A stretch of DNA of 64,000 bases from the IMG/VR virus record IMGVR_UViG_2791355197_000001, positions 23,154 to 87,153 of that record, one strand, 5' to 3'. Each line of letters starts with the position of its first letter. Position 1 is the first letter of the stretch. Shown piece by piece: positions 52,787 through 61,648 of the stretch. The position numbers were made by a program, and so were the translations under genes. Below the pieces are notes generated by a model. That model worked only from the letters and a program-made list of their open reading frames with translations. It did no database searches and had not been told where the DNA came from. This DNA is from a virus.

Positions 52787-52848
52787 GGAATTTACTGGAA
52801 TTTAATTCCGGAGACAAGTCATCCGAATTCCATTCCGAAAATAATTCC
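52787..52848. promoter_or_regulatory. OR-type operator cluster, (G/C)GAA-N5-TTCC
   Basis: GGAATTTAATTCC 52797, CGAATTCCATTCC 52824, CGAAAATAATTCC 52836 in the AT-rich cro-cI gap. Confidence 0.7.
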
Positions 52849-52866
52849 AGTTCCTACACTGGCACC

Positions 52867-53649
52867 ATGGAGAATCTGGAACCGGGCAAAGGACTTACCT
52901 TGGAAACGCCGCCTCTACTGTGGAACCACCGACTGCGTGCTGCTCGCAGATCGAAGGGTGTGTCGGTACCTGATCTCGCCCGCCTCGTCGTCGGCAACGA
53001 AGACGCGGACGCGATCGCGGCAATGATCCAGAGGATCTACAGCTACGAGAAGGTCTCAGCGAAGCAGAAGCCGGTCGAACAACCACGCGGTAAAGCGATG
53101 GAGCAGCTCGCTGCAGCGCTCGGCGTGAGTGTCGAATGGTTGCGCGACGGTAAGACAACCTCGGGTAACCATAACTCGGATGAGACGATTGTTGCCGTTG
53201 ACGAAAATATGGTTACCCCAAACCTTACGGGCGAACAAATAGAAACAAAATCTTCGCGGAAGACCGTTCCGATTTACGGTCGAGCCGCGGGTGGTCGTGA
53301 GGGAAGATTTGTTTTGAACGGGGAAAAGGTCGGGGAAATCTTACGCCCTCCGAGCCTCGAGGCAGTCGCCGAGGGCTACAGCGTTGAGCAAAGCGGAGAC
53401 TCGATGTCTCCGGCAATCAAGGATGGGTACAAACTCTACGTCAATCCGAAGCTACCGTACCGACGCGGTCAGTTGGTTGTCGTGCAGATCAAGACCGGCG
53501 TGGAGAACGAATTCGACGGCTACGCGAAAGAGTTCGTGTCGTTCTCGCGGAAGGAACTAGTGCTCGAGCAGTACAATCCGCCGAAGCAACTCCGGTTCGA
53601 CGCCGACCTGGTCGAGAGCATCCACCGAATTGTGGGCATGGAGTTTTAG
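52867..53649 (+). CDS. cI: CI-like repressor, HTH plus S24 peptidase
   Basis: RLRAARRSKGVSVPDLA HTH; GDSMSP and YAKEF catalytic Ser/Lys; start approximate. Confidence 0.88.
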   Translation: MENLEPGKGLTLETPPLLWNHRLRAARRSKGVSVPDLARLVVGNEDADAIAAMIQRIYSYEKVSAKQKPVEQPRGKAMEQLAAALGVSVEWLRDGKTTSGNHNSDETIVAVDENMVTPNLTGEQIETKSSRKTVPIYGRAAGGREGRFVLNGEKVGEILRPPSLEAVAEGYSVEQSGDSMSPAIKDGYKLYVNPKLPYRRGQLVVVQIKTGVENEFDGYAKEFVSFSRKELVLEQYNPPKQLRFDADLVESIHRIVGMEF

Positions 53650-53728
53650 GAGCCCCACATCTGGTGGCGTCGACTCCTGCTCGGAAAGATTCAATGATGC
53701 CGGCATACATCGTCATGAGCGAAGAGCG

Positions 53729-53986
53729 ATGCGGCGTCAAAACACTGCAAAAACCGTTATTTCCGAGCCTTTCCTCCAAATCCTATGTTCCGACTGCGGT
53801 CATTCTGCCGTCTGGACAGCCGAAGATCTCCAAACCTTTCGGATTCCTCCGGAGACTACGATCGATGAGCTTGGCGAGCACCTTCACTGCTCGCGCTGCC
53901 GCCGCCAGGGCGGCCGCGGGTGGAACGTCGAGATCCACCCTCGCCGCGTTTATCCTGATCAGTCTTGGCGTCGCCGCGCGGGTTGA
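53729..53986 (+). CDS. Small zinc-ribbon protein
   Basis: CSDCGH...LHCSRC. Confidence 0.55.
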   Translation: MRRQNTAKTVISEPFLQILCSDCGHSAVWTAEDLQTFRIPPETTIDELGEHLHCSRCRRQGGRGWNVEIHPRRVYPDQSWRRRAG

Positions 53987-54335
53987 AGCCGAGCAACCAT
54001 CCGAAGAGACCATCAACGCCGCTCGCACCGAGATCGCTCGCATGCGCGAACCCGAGTTGCGATCGCTGCTGAACTATTTCGCTGAGTGCTCCGACCGGAC
54101 ATCGCGCAGCGCCACGGTGAAGCAAGCCTGCAAAGCGGCGCTGATCAAATACCAAACCGAATTCGGCGGAAAACGGACGATCGATACGGTGATCGCGGAG
54201 CAGGAAAAACTTGTCGAAATCCAAGGCGCATTTCGTGCCGTTGGCCAAGCCTCCGATATGACCTATGTAGACACCGTCGACACTCGCATCCGAGAGGCCA
54301 TCGGCGAAGCGTTGAAGATGCAGTCCACTCGCTAG
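53866..54335 (+). CDS. Possible exported helical protein (start uncertain; overlaps the previous ORF)
   Basis: Hydrophobic LAAFILISLGVAA followed by a helical domain with two Cys. Confidence 0.4.
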
Positions 54336-54365
54336 GGCGCGTGCTCATAAAGCGTGCGCATTTGG

Positions 54366-54430
54366 CGTCCGCTATACCCCTAATAGCAGCTCGAAAGCGG
54401 AAGTCCTGGGACGTCCGCGTTAGGCCAATG
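54366..54430. repeat. Imperfect palindromic intergenic element (GTCCGC...GCGGA type)
   Basis: GTCCGCTATACCCCTAATAGC...AAAGCGGAAGT...ACGTCCGCGTTAGGCCAATGGGCGAC; resembles recalled Bradyrhizobium-group repeats. Confidence 0.4.
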
Positions 54431-54714
54431 GGCGACGTTTGCTGCTCCCGGAAAAAAAGGATGAACTACTTGGATCACCTCGTCGTCGATGCTGGAGTAG
54501 TGACGGCGCAACTACCGGCCCGACCTTCGATCGCATGGGAGTTCGTGGATAGTCGCCATGTAGGATTGGTAAAAGCTTCCCTCATTCCCTGCGCGGTGAA
54601 GCCGGCGGTGGCTCCAGCGGTGCGGACTGACAGCAATACATTCAACTTTTGCTCCCGCCCGCGCGGCTTTTGACGAGCACGGCAGCCGCGCGGCGGGCCA
54701 AACGATTCTCTACA

Positions 54715-55176
54715 TTATAAAAAACGCATCGCCGTCTTCAGTTCCGTTTTCAGCTTATCCCGGGACGCCACATACTTGCCATAGCTCGGGGGATCCTCCC
54801 CGCTCGGACCCCCAGAACAATTATCATGCAAACCGTTGATTAATGCGTCGAGTGCACTCACACCAGAATTGATCTGTTGCACGGCAACCGGTGTCTTGTC
54901 TGTCGCCAAAGCCGTTCTTGCAGCGCTGAATGCATTCACAGCCGTGTTCCCGTGGACCTGCAACGCTCCCCAGCTAACTGGCGGCACTCCGCTCCCCTTG
55001 CCTGAGCAACCACTGCTCATCTCCATCATCTGATTTTGGAGCGTAGCGATTTCCTCGCCCAGTATCGTGTCCACAACGGTCTTCGGATCGGCGGCAGAGG
55101 CAACGTTGGCAAGCGGGGCAAAAAAGAAAATCCCACAAATGATCGAGGCAGTCTTATACCGGAGCGAGTGAACCAT
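54715..55176 (-). CDS. Exported moron protein (signal peptide, lower GC)
   Basis: N-terminal hydrophobic signal ending ASA; Cys pair; AT-richer codon usage than the flanks. Confidence 0.7.
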   Translation of the reverse strand: MVHSLRYKTASIICGIFFFAPLANVASAADPKTVVDTILGEEIATLQNQMMEMSSGCSGKGSGVPPVSWGALQVHGNTAVNAFSAARTALATDKTPVAVQQINSGVSALDALINGLHDNCSGGPSGEDPPSYGKYVASRDKLKTELKTAMRFL

Positions 55177-55381
55177 CTGAAAATCCTCCTTGGCTATGAT
55201 TTCTTCATAGGTCCGCCAGACGTGGCGAGAGCACGTGGGAGCGATCTATTGAAATTAATTAGAGAGCAGCTGGCGGCAATCGCCGAACGGGAACATTATC
55301 ACGCCCACTCCTTTAAGTAAATCACTACTTTGAGTAAATACGCCGCTGCCTTTAAACCGGTCAGAAATCCCGAACTTGCGC

Positions 55382-55460
55382 ATGTCCGAAGTGGGTCAAA
55401 GGCGGTAATGCTCTCACCGTGCCGAGCACTTCCGCTTAGCTCCTGATAGCGAACGTCAAC
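55382..55460. repeat. Second imperfect palindromic intergenic element of the same type
   Basis: ATGTCCGAAGTGGGTCAAAGGCGG...CACTTCCGCTTAGCTCCTGATAGCGAACGT. Confidence 0.45.
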
Positions 55461-55989
55461 GCGCTAATGTGTACACGCCCTGGCATGCCAACTTGGCCGC
55501 GATCGTGCTGCGGACTGCGGGAAGCCGATCAACGAATTCGGCGACCCCGGCGAGCTCGTCGCGGGCCGCCCTTACCTCGACCATCATCTCTGCGATCGCC
55601 GGCAAGAACTTGGACTTCTGCCGCCAGCGCCGGCAAGCCATCTCGACCGCTCCGAATGACGGATCCAGCGACATGACGTCGTCGCGGAGGAATTGGCCGA
55701 ATACCACAGCATCCTGGCTACCGGCGTTTGGGAACGCCTTGAGAAGCAGGCCGAGGTAGGCAACGGCGGCGGCGGCAGGTATCGGCGCGATGGCATGGTC
55801 GAACGCCGCCCTGTTCTTCCCGTGCGCCTCGATCGCTCGGTCGACCAGCTCCAGGAGCTCGGCGCTCGGTTCGTCAGCCAAGGCGGCCGCCTCGCGAGCC
55901 GCGGCTAATTCCCGCAGCGCCGGCTCGAGCCCTGAAAATGACGGCGGAGCCGGCGGGTTTCCGCGCGGCCTTTCAACGAGTTCGCGCAT
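55456..55989 (-). CDS. Helicase loader/inhibitor-like replication protein
   Basis: LLLKAFPNA...ACRRWRQKSKFLPAIAEM; directly downstream of the initiator. Confidence 0.6.
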   Translation of the reverse strand: MRELVERPRGNPPAPPSFSGLEPALRELAAAREAAALADEPSAELLELVDRAIEAHGKNRAAFDHAIAPIPAAAAVAYLGLLLKAFPNAGSQDAVVFGQFLRDDVMSLDPSFGAVEMACRRWRQKSKFLPAIAEMMVEVRAARDELAGVAEFVDRLPAVRSTIAAKLACQGVYTLAR

Positions 55990-56857
55990 GGAAATCCTCC
56001 TCGGTTAGACCGGTCATCATGCCCTCAATCGCGGTGTCGGCGCGGCTCGGCGCCGTCGGCGTGCCGCCTCGAGGCGATCGGCGGTCATAATCGTTGCCCA
56101 CCCACGTCCGCCATGCGGCATCCCAGTCGGCCATCAGGTTACCTCTGCTGGTGTGGAAGTTCTTGAACTTCTCCGCCTGGAATCGGATGTGGTCATCGTT
56201 CCATCCGCGCTCGCGGGCATACTTCCAACCCGCTTCAGGGAGTTGCCAGTCGGCAGGAAGCCTCGTCCTCCGCCCAACTGTCCGACGCCCCCCGCGCTTT
56301 GGCTGCTGCTCCTCGGCCGAAGGATCATCGCCAAAGAGGCCCTGGGCCGGGATCAGTTCGCGCCCGGGAACGGGCGCCCTATGATCTTCCCCTTCTTCAT
56401 TTCTTGAATGTTTTATTTCTTCTGTATTGTCCCGGCGCTGTCCCGGTGCTGTCTCGACCGCGTCTCGGTGCTGTCCCGGCACTGTCTCAAAATCCGCTCT
56501 ATCGGGCATCTCGACGTCATCATACTCGGGGTGATATTTCCCGTAGTTGCAAACGGTTATGACAGTAATTCCGGACGACACCGCCACCGAAATCATTGTC
56601 TCGGTTTTCAGACGATTTAGAAATCGCTCGACCTTGCTTTTGCTCCACGACCACACAGAGCTCAAATGGCGCACGGATGCAGCCACCTGCCCGCGGTCAA
56701 GAGAAACCAGGTGGTCGCCGAGCCGGCGCTGACGCGGCTTCCATGCGGCCTCGTTCAACAACCAGACCCACGCCTCAAATTCGGAATACTCGTCCCGCCG
56801 AAAAAACGGGTGCTCTAGCGCTGAGCGAGCGAGCCTGATGTAACCGCCTTGTGCCAT
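55973..56857 (-). CDS. Phage replication initiator (O-like)
   Basis: GGYIRLARS...RGQVAASVRHLSSVW wHTH; C-terminal LPADW...KFKNFH...DWDAAWRTW. Confidence 0.85.
   Translation of the reverse strand: MAQGGYIRLARSALEHPFFRRDEYSEFEAWVWLLNEAAWKPRQRRLGDHLVSLDRGQVAASVRHLSSVWSWSKSKVERFLNRLKTETMISVAVSSGITVITVCNYGKYHPEYDDVEMPDRADFETVPGQHRDAVETAPGQRRDNTEEIKHSRNEEGEDHRAPVPGRELIPAQGLFGDDPSAEEQQPKRGGRRTVGRRTRLPADWQLPEAGWKYARERGWNDDHIRFQAEKFKNFHTSRGNLMADWDAAWRTWVGNDYDRRSPRGGTPTAPSRADTAIEGMMTGLTEEDFHARTR
56401..56488. repeat. Putative replication origin: six 11 bp iterons plus an AT-rich tract inside the initiator gene
   Basis: TGTC(C/T)CGG(C/T)GC-type units at 56428, 56439, 56450, 56461, 56472 and 56483; AT-rich 56401-56427. 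Confidence 0.75.
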
Positions 56858-57279
56858 CAGCGCGCTCCCGCAATCATTTCACGAAAACGGGGGCGCCCCA
56901 GGTTGCGCGATCGCTGCTCGGTCTTTCGGTGCCCGAGCTCTCCGCGCCGGGCTCTCACCCATCGCAGAGACGCATGGAACGTCTCGATTGCAAAGGCGAC
57001 CTCGCACGCAAACCATTCTCCGCGCAGATGGTGGTGCACCAATTCGCGATGGATATGCTCCTCAACCTGCTCGCAAATCTCTCGCTCGAACTGGCGTGAC
57101 TTGAAGACCAGAACGAGCTCGCTCGGGTTTGCGACCTGCAACTCTGCCAGCCGCTTTTCCGGGTCCGCCGCGATACCGACCTTCAGGGAACCGCACCCTG
57201 CGCGGACGATGTAGAGCGCGCAGGGAGCACTCGGATGCCTGCTGTTGATGTGCGTGCGGCCGGTCGGATGTCCCCTCAT
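56857..57279 (-). CDS. GIY-YIG / T5orf172-like protein
   Basis: LYIVR...LKVGIAADPEKRLAELQVANP...RGEWF. Confidence 0.8.
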   Translation of the reverse strand: MRGHPTGRTHINSRHPSAPCALYIVRAGCGSLKVGIAADPEKRLAELQVANPSELVLVFKSRQFEREICEQVEEHIHRELVHHHLRGEWFACEVAFAIETFHASLRWVRARRGELGHRKTEQRSRNLGRPRFREMIAGAR

Positions 57280-57327
57280 GTCCTCTTTCGCTTTCGAGAT
57301 GCCTTAAGGCCGGTCATAATCCTGTCT

Positions 57328-57381
57328 GGAATTTATTTCCAGGTTTTTATTGACACGTCTCTGCATCTGGAATTATCTTCC
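57328..57381 (+). promoter_or_regulatory. PL-type sigma70 promoter flanked by two GGAA-N5-TTCC operators
   Basis: TTGACA 57350-57355, 17 bp spacer, TTATCT 57373-57378; operators at 57328 and 57369. Confidence 0.8.
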
Positions 57382-57402
57382 AGATGCCAAGGGAGACTTG
57401 CC

Positions 57403-57594
57403 TTGAACACCACAGCCCCAATCGCCGATCCGGCCGCCCTCGAGGAAGGGCAGCGCTGCCCGATAGCGGGCTGCGACGGCACCGTCGTGCTGGTCCGCGA
57501 CGGCGATTGCGCCTGTCACATCGCACCGCCCTGCTCGGCCTGCACGGAAGCTCGTCTGGCCTGCGACGTCTGCGGTGAGGAGCGCCGGCCATGA
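57403..57594 (+). CDS. Cys-rich zinc-binding small protein
   Basis: TTG start after GGGAGA; CPIAGC...CACHIAPPCSAC...CDVC. Confidence 0.65.
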   Translation: MNTTAPIADPAALEEGQRCPIAGCDGTVVLVRDGDCACHIAPPCSACTEARLACDVCGEERRP

Positions 57595-57815
57595 CGGAGC
57601 TCAGCTACGTCGCCACCGCTATTGCCTTCACCGGCGTCGGCATCGTCGTCTGCGCGACTTTCTCCACTCGCGCCTACTGGGATGCGGTCCGCGACCGCGG
57701 CGACCTGCTGCTTGCCCTTTTCAACGCCGGATCCTCGCTGAAGGCGGCTGGCCGCGCCGAGGAAGCCGCGCAGGCGTTCGGGATCGCGAAGGCGGTCCAG
57801 GAGAGGTCCGCATGA
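57591..57815 (+). CDS. Small membrane protein
   Basis: One hydrophobic segment; ATGA-coupled. Confidence 0.6.
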   Translation: MTELSYVATAIAFTGVGIVVCATFSTRAYWDAVRDRGDLLLALFNAGSSLKAAGRAEEAAQAFGIAKAVQERSA

Positions 57816-58129
57816 CCGACCTTTCGCATGATCCGACCGCCATCATCGACGACCTTGCCTTCCGTGCCGGGTATCTCGAGCGGGCGCACATCGAGACCAT
57901 TGAGCGGCTGAGAGCGCTTGCCGCTCGCGGTGGCGCTACGGCTGACGAATTGCGCCTGGCGATCGCCGGGCTCGCTATCGACACGCACAAGGGACTCGGC
58001 GCGCTCCAGGTCGGTGCGGCCGCGCGGATGGCCGCTCGTCACGCTGCGACCACGCCCAAGGTGTGCGCGAAGATCCTGCAATTCCCGGCGCCTGCCGCTG
58101 AAGCAAGGCCGGAGGCTCTGCCGTCATGA
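57812..58129 (+). CDS. Hypothetical protein
   Basis: MTDLSHDPT..., ATGA-coupled chain. Confidence 0.55.
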   Translation: MTDLSHDPTAIIDDLAFRAGYLERAHIETIERLRALAARGGATADELRLAIAGLAIDTHKGLGALQVGAAARMAARHAATTPKVCAKILQFPAPAAEARPEALPS

Positions 58130-58398
58130 CGGAGAACCCAGCATACATCGTGCGCATTACGCCGGCGGCGTTCGAAACGGCGGCCGTCAATCCTTGGCAC
58201 GGTGTCGCCAAGATTGCCGAGCGTCTCGGCGTCAGGCCGATCGAGGCACGGGAGCAACCTGGCAGGCCGACCGTCATTGTGAGCGGCGCGGAGTCGCTTC
58301 CATTGCAAGGCGGAGCATGTGCTCCGTCCTACGACCTCTTTGAGCTCCTCGAAGCCCTGCTGGACCGCCTCGATCGCGTTGAACGGGGGCAGTCATGA
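58126..58398 (+). CDS. Hypothetical protein
   Basis: ATGA-coupled chain. Confidence 0.55.
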   Translation: MTENPAYIVRITPAAFETAAVNPWHGVAKIAERLGVRPIEAREQPGRPTVIVSGAESLPLQGGACAPSYDLFELLEALLDRLDRVERGQS

Positions 58399-58619
58399 TC
58401 GCGGCATCCCTCCCGTCGACTTGGACCCGCCTGATCTTCGCGCCGGCGGCGGAACGTGCCGCGGCGACGCCGGAGGAGCGAGCCGCGTACGACAACTTCG
58501 TCAAGCGGCTGATGGCGAACCCCGAAGATTTTGGCTTCCGGCACGAGACCCCCGAGGACGTGGCGGCCGATGACCGCTTCGACACCGCGCTCGCCGCTGA
58601 AAATCAGGATTGGGGGTAG
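58395..58619 (+). CDS. Hypothetical protein
   Basis: ATGA-coupled chain. Confidence 0.55.
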   Translation: MIAASLPSTWTRLIFAPAAERAAATPEERAAYDNFVKRLMANPEDFGFRHETPEDVAADDRFDTALAAENQDWG

Positions 58620-58621
58620 CC

Positions 58622-58876
58622 ATGGCGCATCCAGGAATGACCCGGTGCACGCCGGACACCTTCGACCTCGACCTCACCGGTGCTTACGCCGTGATCCTTC
58701 GTGCGTGCGGCATGACGTTCGAGGGGACAGAGGATGAGATCGAAGCCCGCGCCTTCCAGATTCTCTGGAAGCCAGCCGACGGCCGCCCCTATTCCCAGGT
58801 CAAGCCACGGCTGGCCACCGCGATCGAACTCGCGCGCCGCGACGGCACCATCATCCTCAGCACGGTGGCGGCATGA
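58622..58876 (+). CDS. Hypothetical protein
   Basis: MAHPGMTRC..., ends GTGGCGGCATGA coupling. Confidence 0.55.
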   Translation: MAHPGMTRCTPDTFDLDLTGAYAVILRACGMTFEGTEDEIEARAFQILWKPADGRPYSQVKPRLATAIELARRDGTIILSTVAA

Positions 58877-59049
58877 CGCTCGAACGCGCGGTCATTGTAA
58901 TTTTGCTGGCTTTGATCATTGCCCTGCTTGTCGGCGGCAACACGGTTGAGGGCTTCGGCATCGGGCTGCTCGTCGGCCTGGTGCTTGGCGCTCCCGTGGG
59001 CGCCGCCTTTGTCACTGATCGTCCGAACAAGGAGCCGACCTCGAGATGA
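58873..59049 (+). CDS. 58 aa two-TM membrane protein
   Basis: Read manually: MTLERAVIVILLALIIALLVGG...GLLVGLVLG. Confidence 0.55.
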   Translation: MTLERAVIVILLALIIALLVGGNTVEGFGIGLLVGLVLGAPVGAAFVTDRPNKEPTSR

Positions 59050-59159
59050 ATGCTGTCCGAACCTTCGCGCGTGAAGTTGCGGCGTTCCTCGCGATCGCGG
59101 CGATGATCTTTGGCTGCATCGTCACGGCGGCCCCAGCGATGGGGATTGGCCATGGCTGA
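59046..59159 (+). CDS. 37 aa single-TM peptide
   Basis: Read manually: MNAVRTFAREVAAFLAIAAMIFGCIVTAAPAMGIGHG; ATGA-coupled. Confidence 0.45.
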   Translation: MNAVRTFAREVAAFLAIAAMIFGCIVTAAPAMGIGHG

Positions 59160-59730
59160 GCACGAACGGCGGGTCGAGCTTGATCCATCGGTGCTGACCC
59201 GGCTCGGCACCAACATGGAGACCATCGGCCAGGCCTGGCAGGCCGACGTCGACGAACTGAACACGGCACGCGACCAGATCCAGATGCTGAGGCGCGAGCT
59301 CGATCAAGCGGACGACCGCGTGTCAAACCTTCAGGCCGATCTCACTGCGAGCCGGTCCGAGGTTCAACGGCTGCTCCAGCGGAACGCCTTCCTCGAGGCC
59401 CACACCCAGCGCCTGTTCGAGACTGCCCACAATGTCGGCGACAGCATGAAGTCGCTGGCCGAGTCTGCCGTCGATGTCGCGCGCCACGCGCCCGCGGGGG
59501 CGCCGACTGGCGCGACTCCGGTGCGCGCCGATGGCACCACGGCGCCGCGGCCAATCGTGGTCGCGGCGCCGAAGGTCTCGGCTCCGATCCAACCGGCTCC
59601 GACGCGCCCACGCACGCTGGAAGACGTCCGCCGCGAGAACCTGGCCGCGGACGCCGAAGACGACGGCACCGGCCTGCCGCCGGGCAAACCGCAGTTCCTC
59701 AGAACACCGCTCCCAACCGTCACACCGTAG
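59152..59730 (+). CDS. Coiled-coil hypothetical protein
   Basis: Heptad-rich ELNTARDQIQMLRRELDQ...; Pro-rich tail. Confidence 0.6.
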   Translation: MAEHERRVELDPSVLTRLGTNMETIGQAWQADVDELNTARDQIQMLRRELDQADDRVSNLQADLTASRSEVQRLLQRNAFLEAHTQRLFETAHNVGDSMKSLAESAVDVARHAPAGAPTGATPVRADGTTAPRPIVVAAPKVSAPIQPAPTRPRTLEDVRRENLAADAEDDGTGLPPGKPQFLRTPLPTVTP

Positions 59731-59737
59731 GTTTCCC

Positions 59738-61114
59738 ATGAACGCGCCGCAGGCTTCACCGCTCAAGATCCTTTCCCTCGACGTCGAGAACGTGTTGCGC
59801 GTCCGCGCGGTCAGGATCACGCCGAAAGGCAACGTGCTCGAGCTCACCGGTCGCAACCGGCAGGGAAAGAGCAGCGTCATCGACGCGCTCTGGGCCGCGC
59901 TCGGCGGCGAGAAGAAGATACCGGCCGATCCCGTCCACGACGGCGCGAAGATAGGCAACATCGTTGTCGATATCGGCGACGCCACAGGCCTGAAGTACCG
60001 TGTCACTCGCCGGATCAAGAAGAAGGATGATGGTGACTGGTCCACCAGCCTTACGATCGAGAACGAGGATGGCTTTCGATCCGACAAGCCGCAGCAGATC
60101 CTGAACACCCTAATCGGGGCCCTCAGCTGCGACCCGCTCGACTTCATCAACAAGGGGCCGAAAGAACAGTTCGATCTTCTTAAGACGTTCGTGTCTGGGG
60201 TCGATTTCGACGCGATCGCGGACGCCAATGAAGCGGACTTCGACGCCAGGACCGTGGTCAATCGCGATGCCAAGGCTCTGCGCACCCGTGCCAATGCGAT
60301 CGTCGTCGACGAGACCGCGCCGACCGAGCAGGTCGACGAGGCTGCGTTGGTACAGGAACTCGCGGAAGCCGCTACCAAGAATGGCCTGGTGGGACGGTTT
60401 CGGGCTGAGCAGGCCGCTCGGAAAGCGAACGCAGACGGTCTCGACCGCGAGGCCGAAGCCAATCGCGCTCGTGTGAAGGAACTGGAAGCTGAGATCCAAC
60501 AGCTTTCTCAGCGAATTGCAGTGCTCAATTCTCAAGCCGACGGCCATGAACAGTCGGCGTCGGATATCCGCCTTGAGATTAGCAGCGCCGGCGACGAGCC
60601 GCCGACCGTCGATACCCAGGAATTGCAGGCCAGGATCAACGCGGCTCGGGACACGAACGCGAAGGTGGCCGCCGCGGCTCGAGCTCGGACCGAGAAGGAG
60701 CGTCTAGCCGGCGAAGCCGCCGCCCTCGAGGAACGGTCTGACGCCCTCAGCAAGGCGATCGCCGCCCGCGAAACCGAGAAGCAGGAAGCGATCGCGCGCG
60801 CCGAGATGCCGGTGCCGGGCCTGTCCTTTGGAGACGGCACCATTCTGCTCGACGGCCATCCGCTCGCCCAGGCCAGCCAGGCGCAGAAGCTCAGCCTTGC
60901 CGTCGCAATCGCGATGAAGCTGCAGCCGCGGCTCCGCTTCCTGACGACCAAGCACGCCGCGCTGCTGGACGACGAGTCCTGGGCGGCTCTCGTCCAGCTC
61001 GCCGATCAGCAGGATCTGCTCGTCATCGCGGAAACCGTCAATTCCAACCGGCCCACCGCGGTGGTCATCGAAGACGGCCACGTCCGCGGTGCCGCCCAGC
61101 AAGCCGCGGAGTGA
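59738..61114 (+). CDS. SbcC/RecN-like AAA ATPase with coiled coil
   Basis: GRNRQGKSS Walker A, long coiled coil, QASQAQ signature region, LLDDE. Confidence 0.85.
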   Translation: MNAPQASPLKILSLDVENVLRVRAVRITPKGNVLELTGRNRQGKSSVIDALWAALGGEKKIPADPVHDGAKIGNIVVDIGDATGLKYRVTRRIKKKDDGDWSTSLTIENEDGFRSDKPQQILNTLIGALSCDPLDFINKGPKEQFDLLKTFVSGVDFDAIADANEADFDARTVVNRDAKALRTRANAIVVDETAPTEQVDEAALVQELAEAATKNGLVGRFRAEQAARKANADGLDREAEANRARVKELEAEIQQLSQRIAVLNSQADGHEQSASDIRLEISSAGDEPPTVDTQELQARINAARDTNAKVAAAARARTEKERLAGEAAALEERSDALSKAIAARETEKQEAIARAEMPVPGLSFGDGTILLDGHPLAQASQAQKLSLAVAIAMKLQPRLRFLTTKHAALLDDESWAALVQLADQQDLLVIAETVNSNRPTAVVIEDGHVRGAAQQAAE

Positions 61115-61578
61115 TCGCCATGTTCGACAGCCTTCTCCGTTTCTTCCGCCCTCGCCGCTCTTCGCCCTGGGATTCTGCTCCGCCCTGGGCGCTGGAACTG
61201 AAGCACATACAGGAGCGAGTTCTGAACAAAGAGGACCAACAGATGTCTGCCCAAGACGATCTCAACGCCGCCGTAGGCGTGCTCGTGAAAGGCTACAGCG
61301 ACCTGCATACCGCGCTCGTGCCGGCGCTGCAGATCATCGCCGACAACGCCAACGGCAATGCCGCGATCATTCAGCAGATCGCGAACATCCAGGGCGTCTC
61401 CCAGAAGATGGCGCAGGATGCCGCCGCCCTCACTGCTGCGATCCCGGCAGCGACCACGGTGACGCCGCCGGCCAGCCCGCCGTCGGTCGATACCGGCGGC
61501 ACCCAGGCCGATGTCGCGCCACCCTCGATCGACGTCCCGCCTGTCACCGACCCGAACGCGACCCCGCCGACTTCCTGA
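61111..61578 (+). CDS. Hypothetical protein
   Basis: 155 aa ORF coupled to the ATPase; Pro/Thr-rich tail. Confidence 0.55.
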   Translation: MIAMFDSLLRFFRPRRSSPWDSAPPWALELKHIQERVLNKEDQQMSAQDDLNAAVGVLVKGYSDLHTALVPALQIIADNANGNAAIIQQIANIQGVSQKMAQDAAALTAAIPAATTVTPPASPPSVDTGGTQADVAPPSIDVPPVTDPNATPPTS

Positions 61579-61648
61579 CCGGAAGACGGCTCCTCCCCAA
61601 CTTGCCGCGCGGGTTTCGGCTCGCGCGGCCTCTTCTCCGGAAATCACC

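Noticed and set aside
54422-54428. GTTAGGC as an attC R' site
   Set aside because: There is no matching R'' box (only CCCTAAT) and no attC-like secondary structure.
46088-58876. C-terminal Ala-Ala in several operon genes (e.g. LEVAA, LSTVAA) as degrons
   Set aside because: They arise from G(T/C)GGCGGCATGA RBS/start overlaps with the next gene, so coupling explains them.
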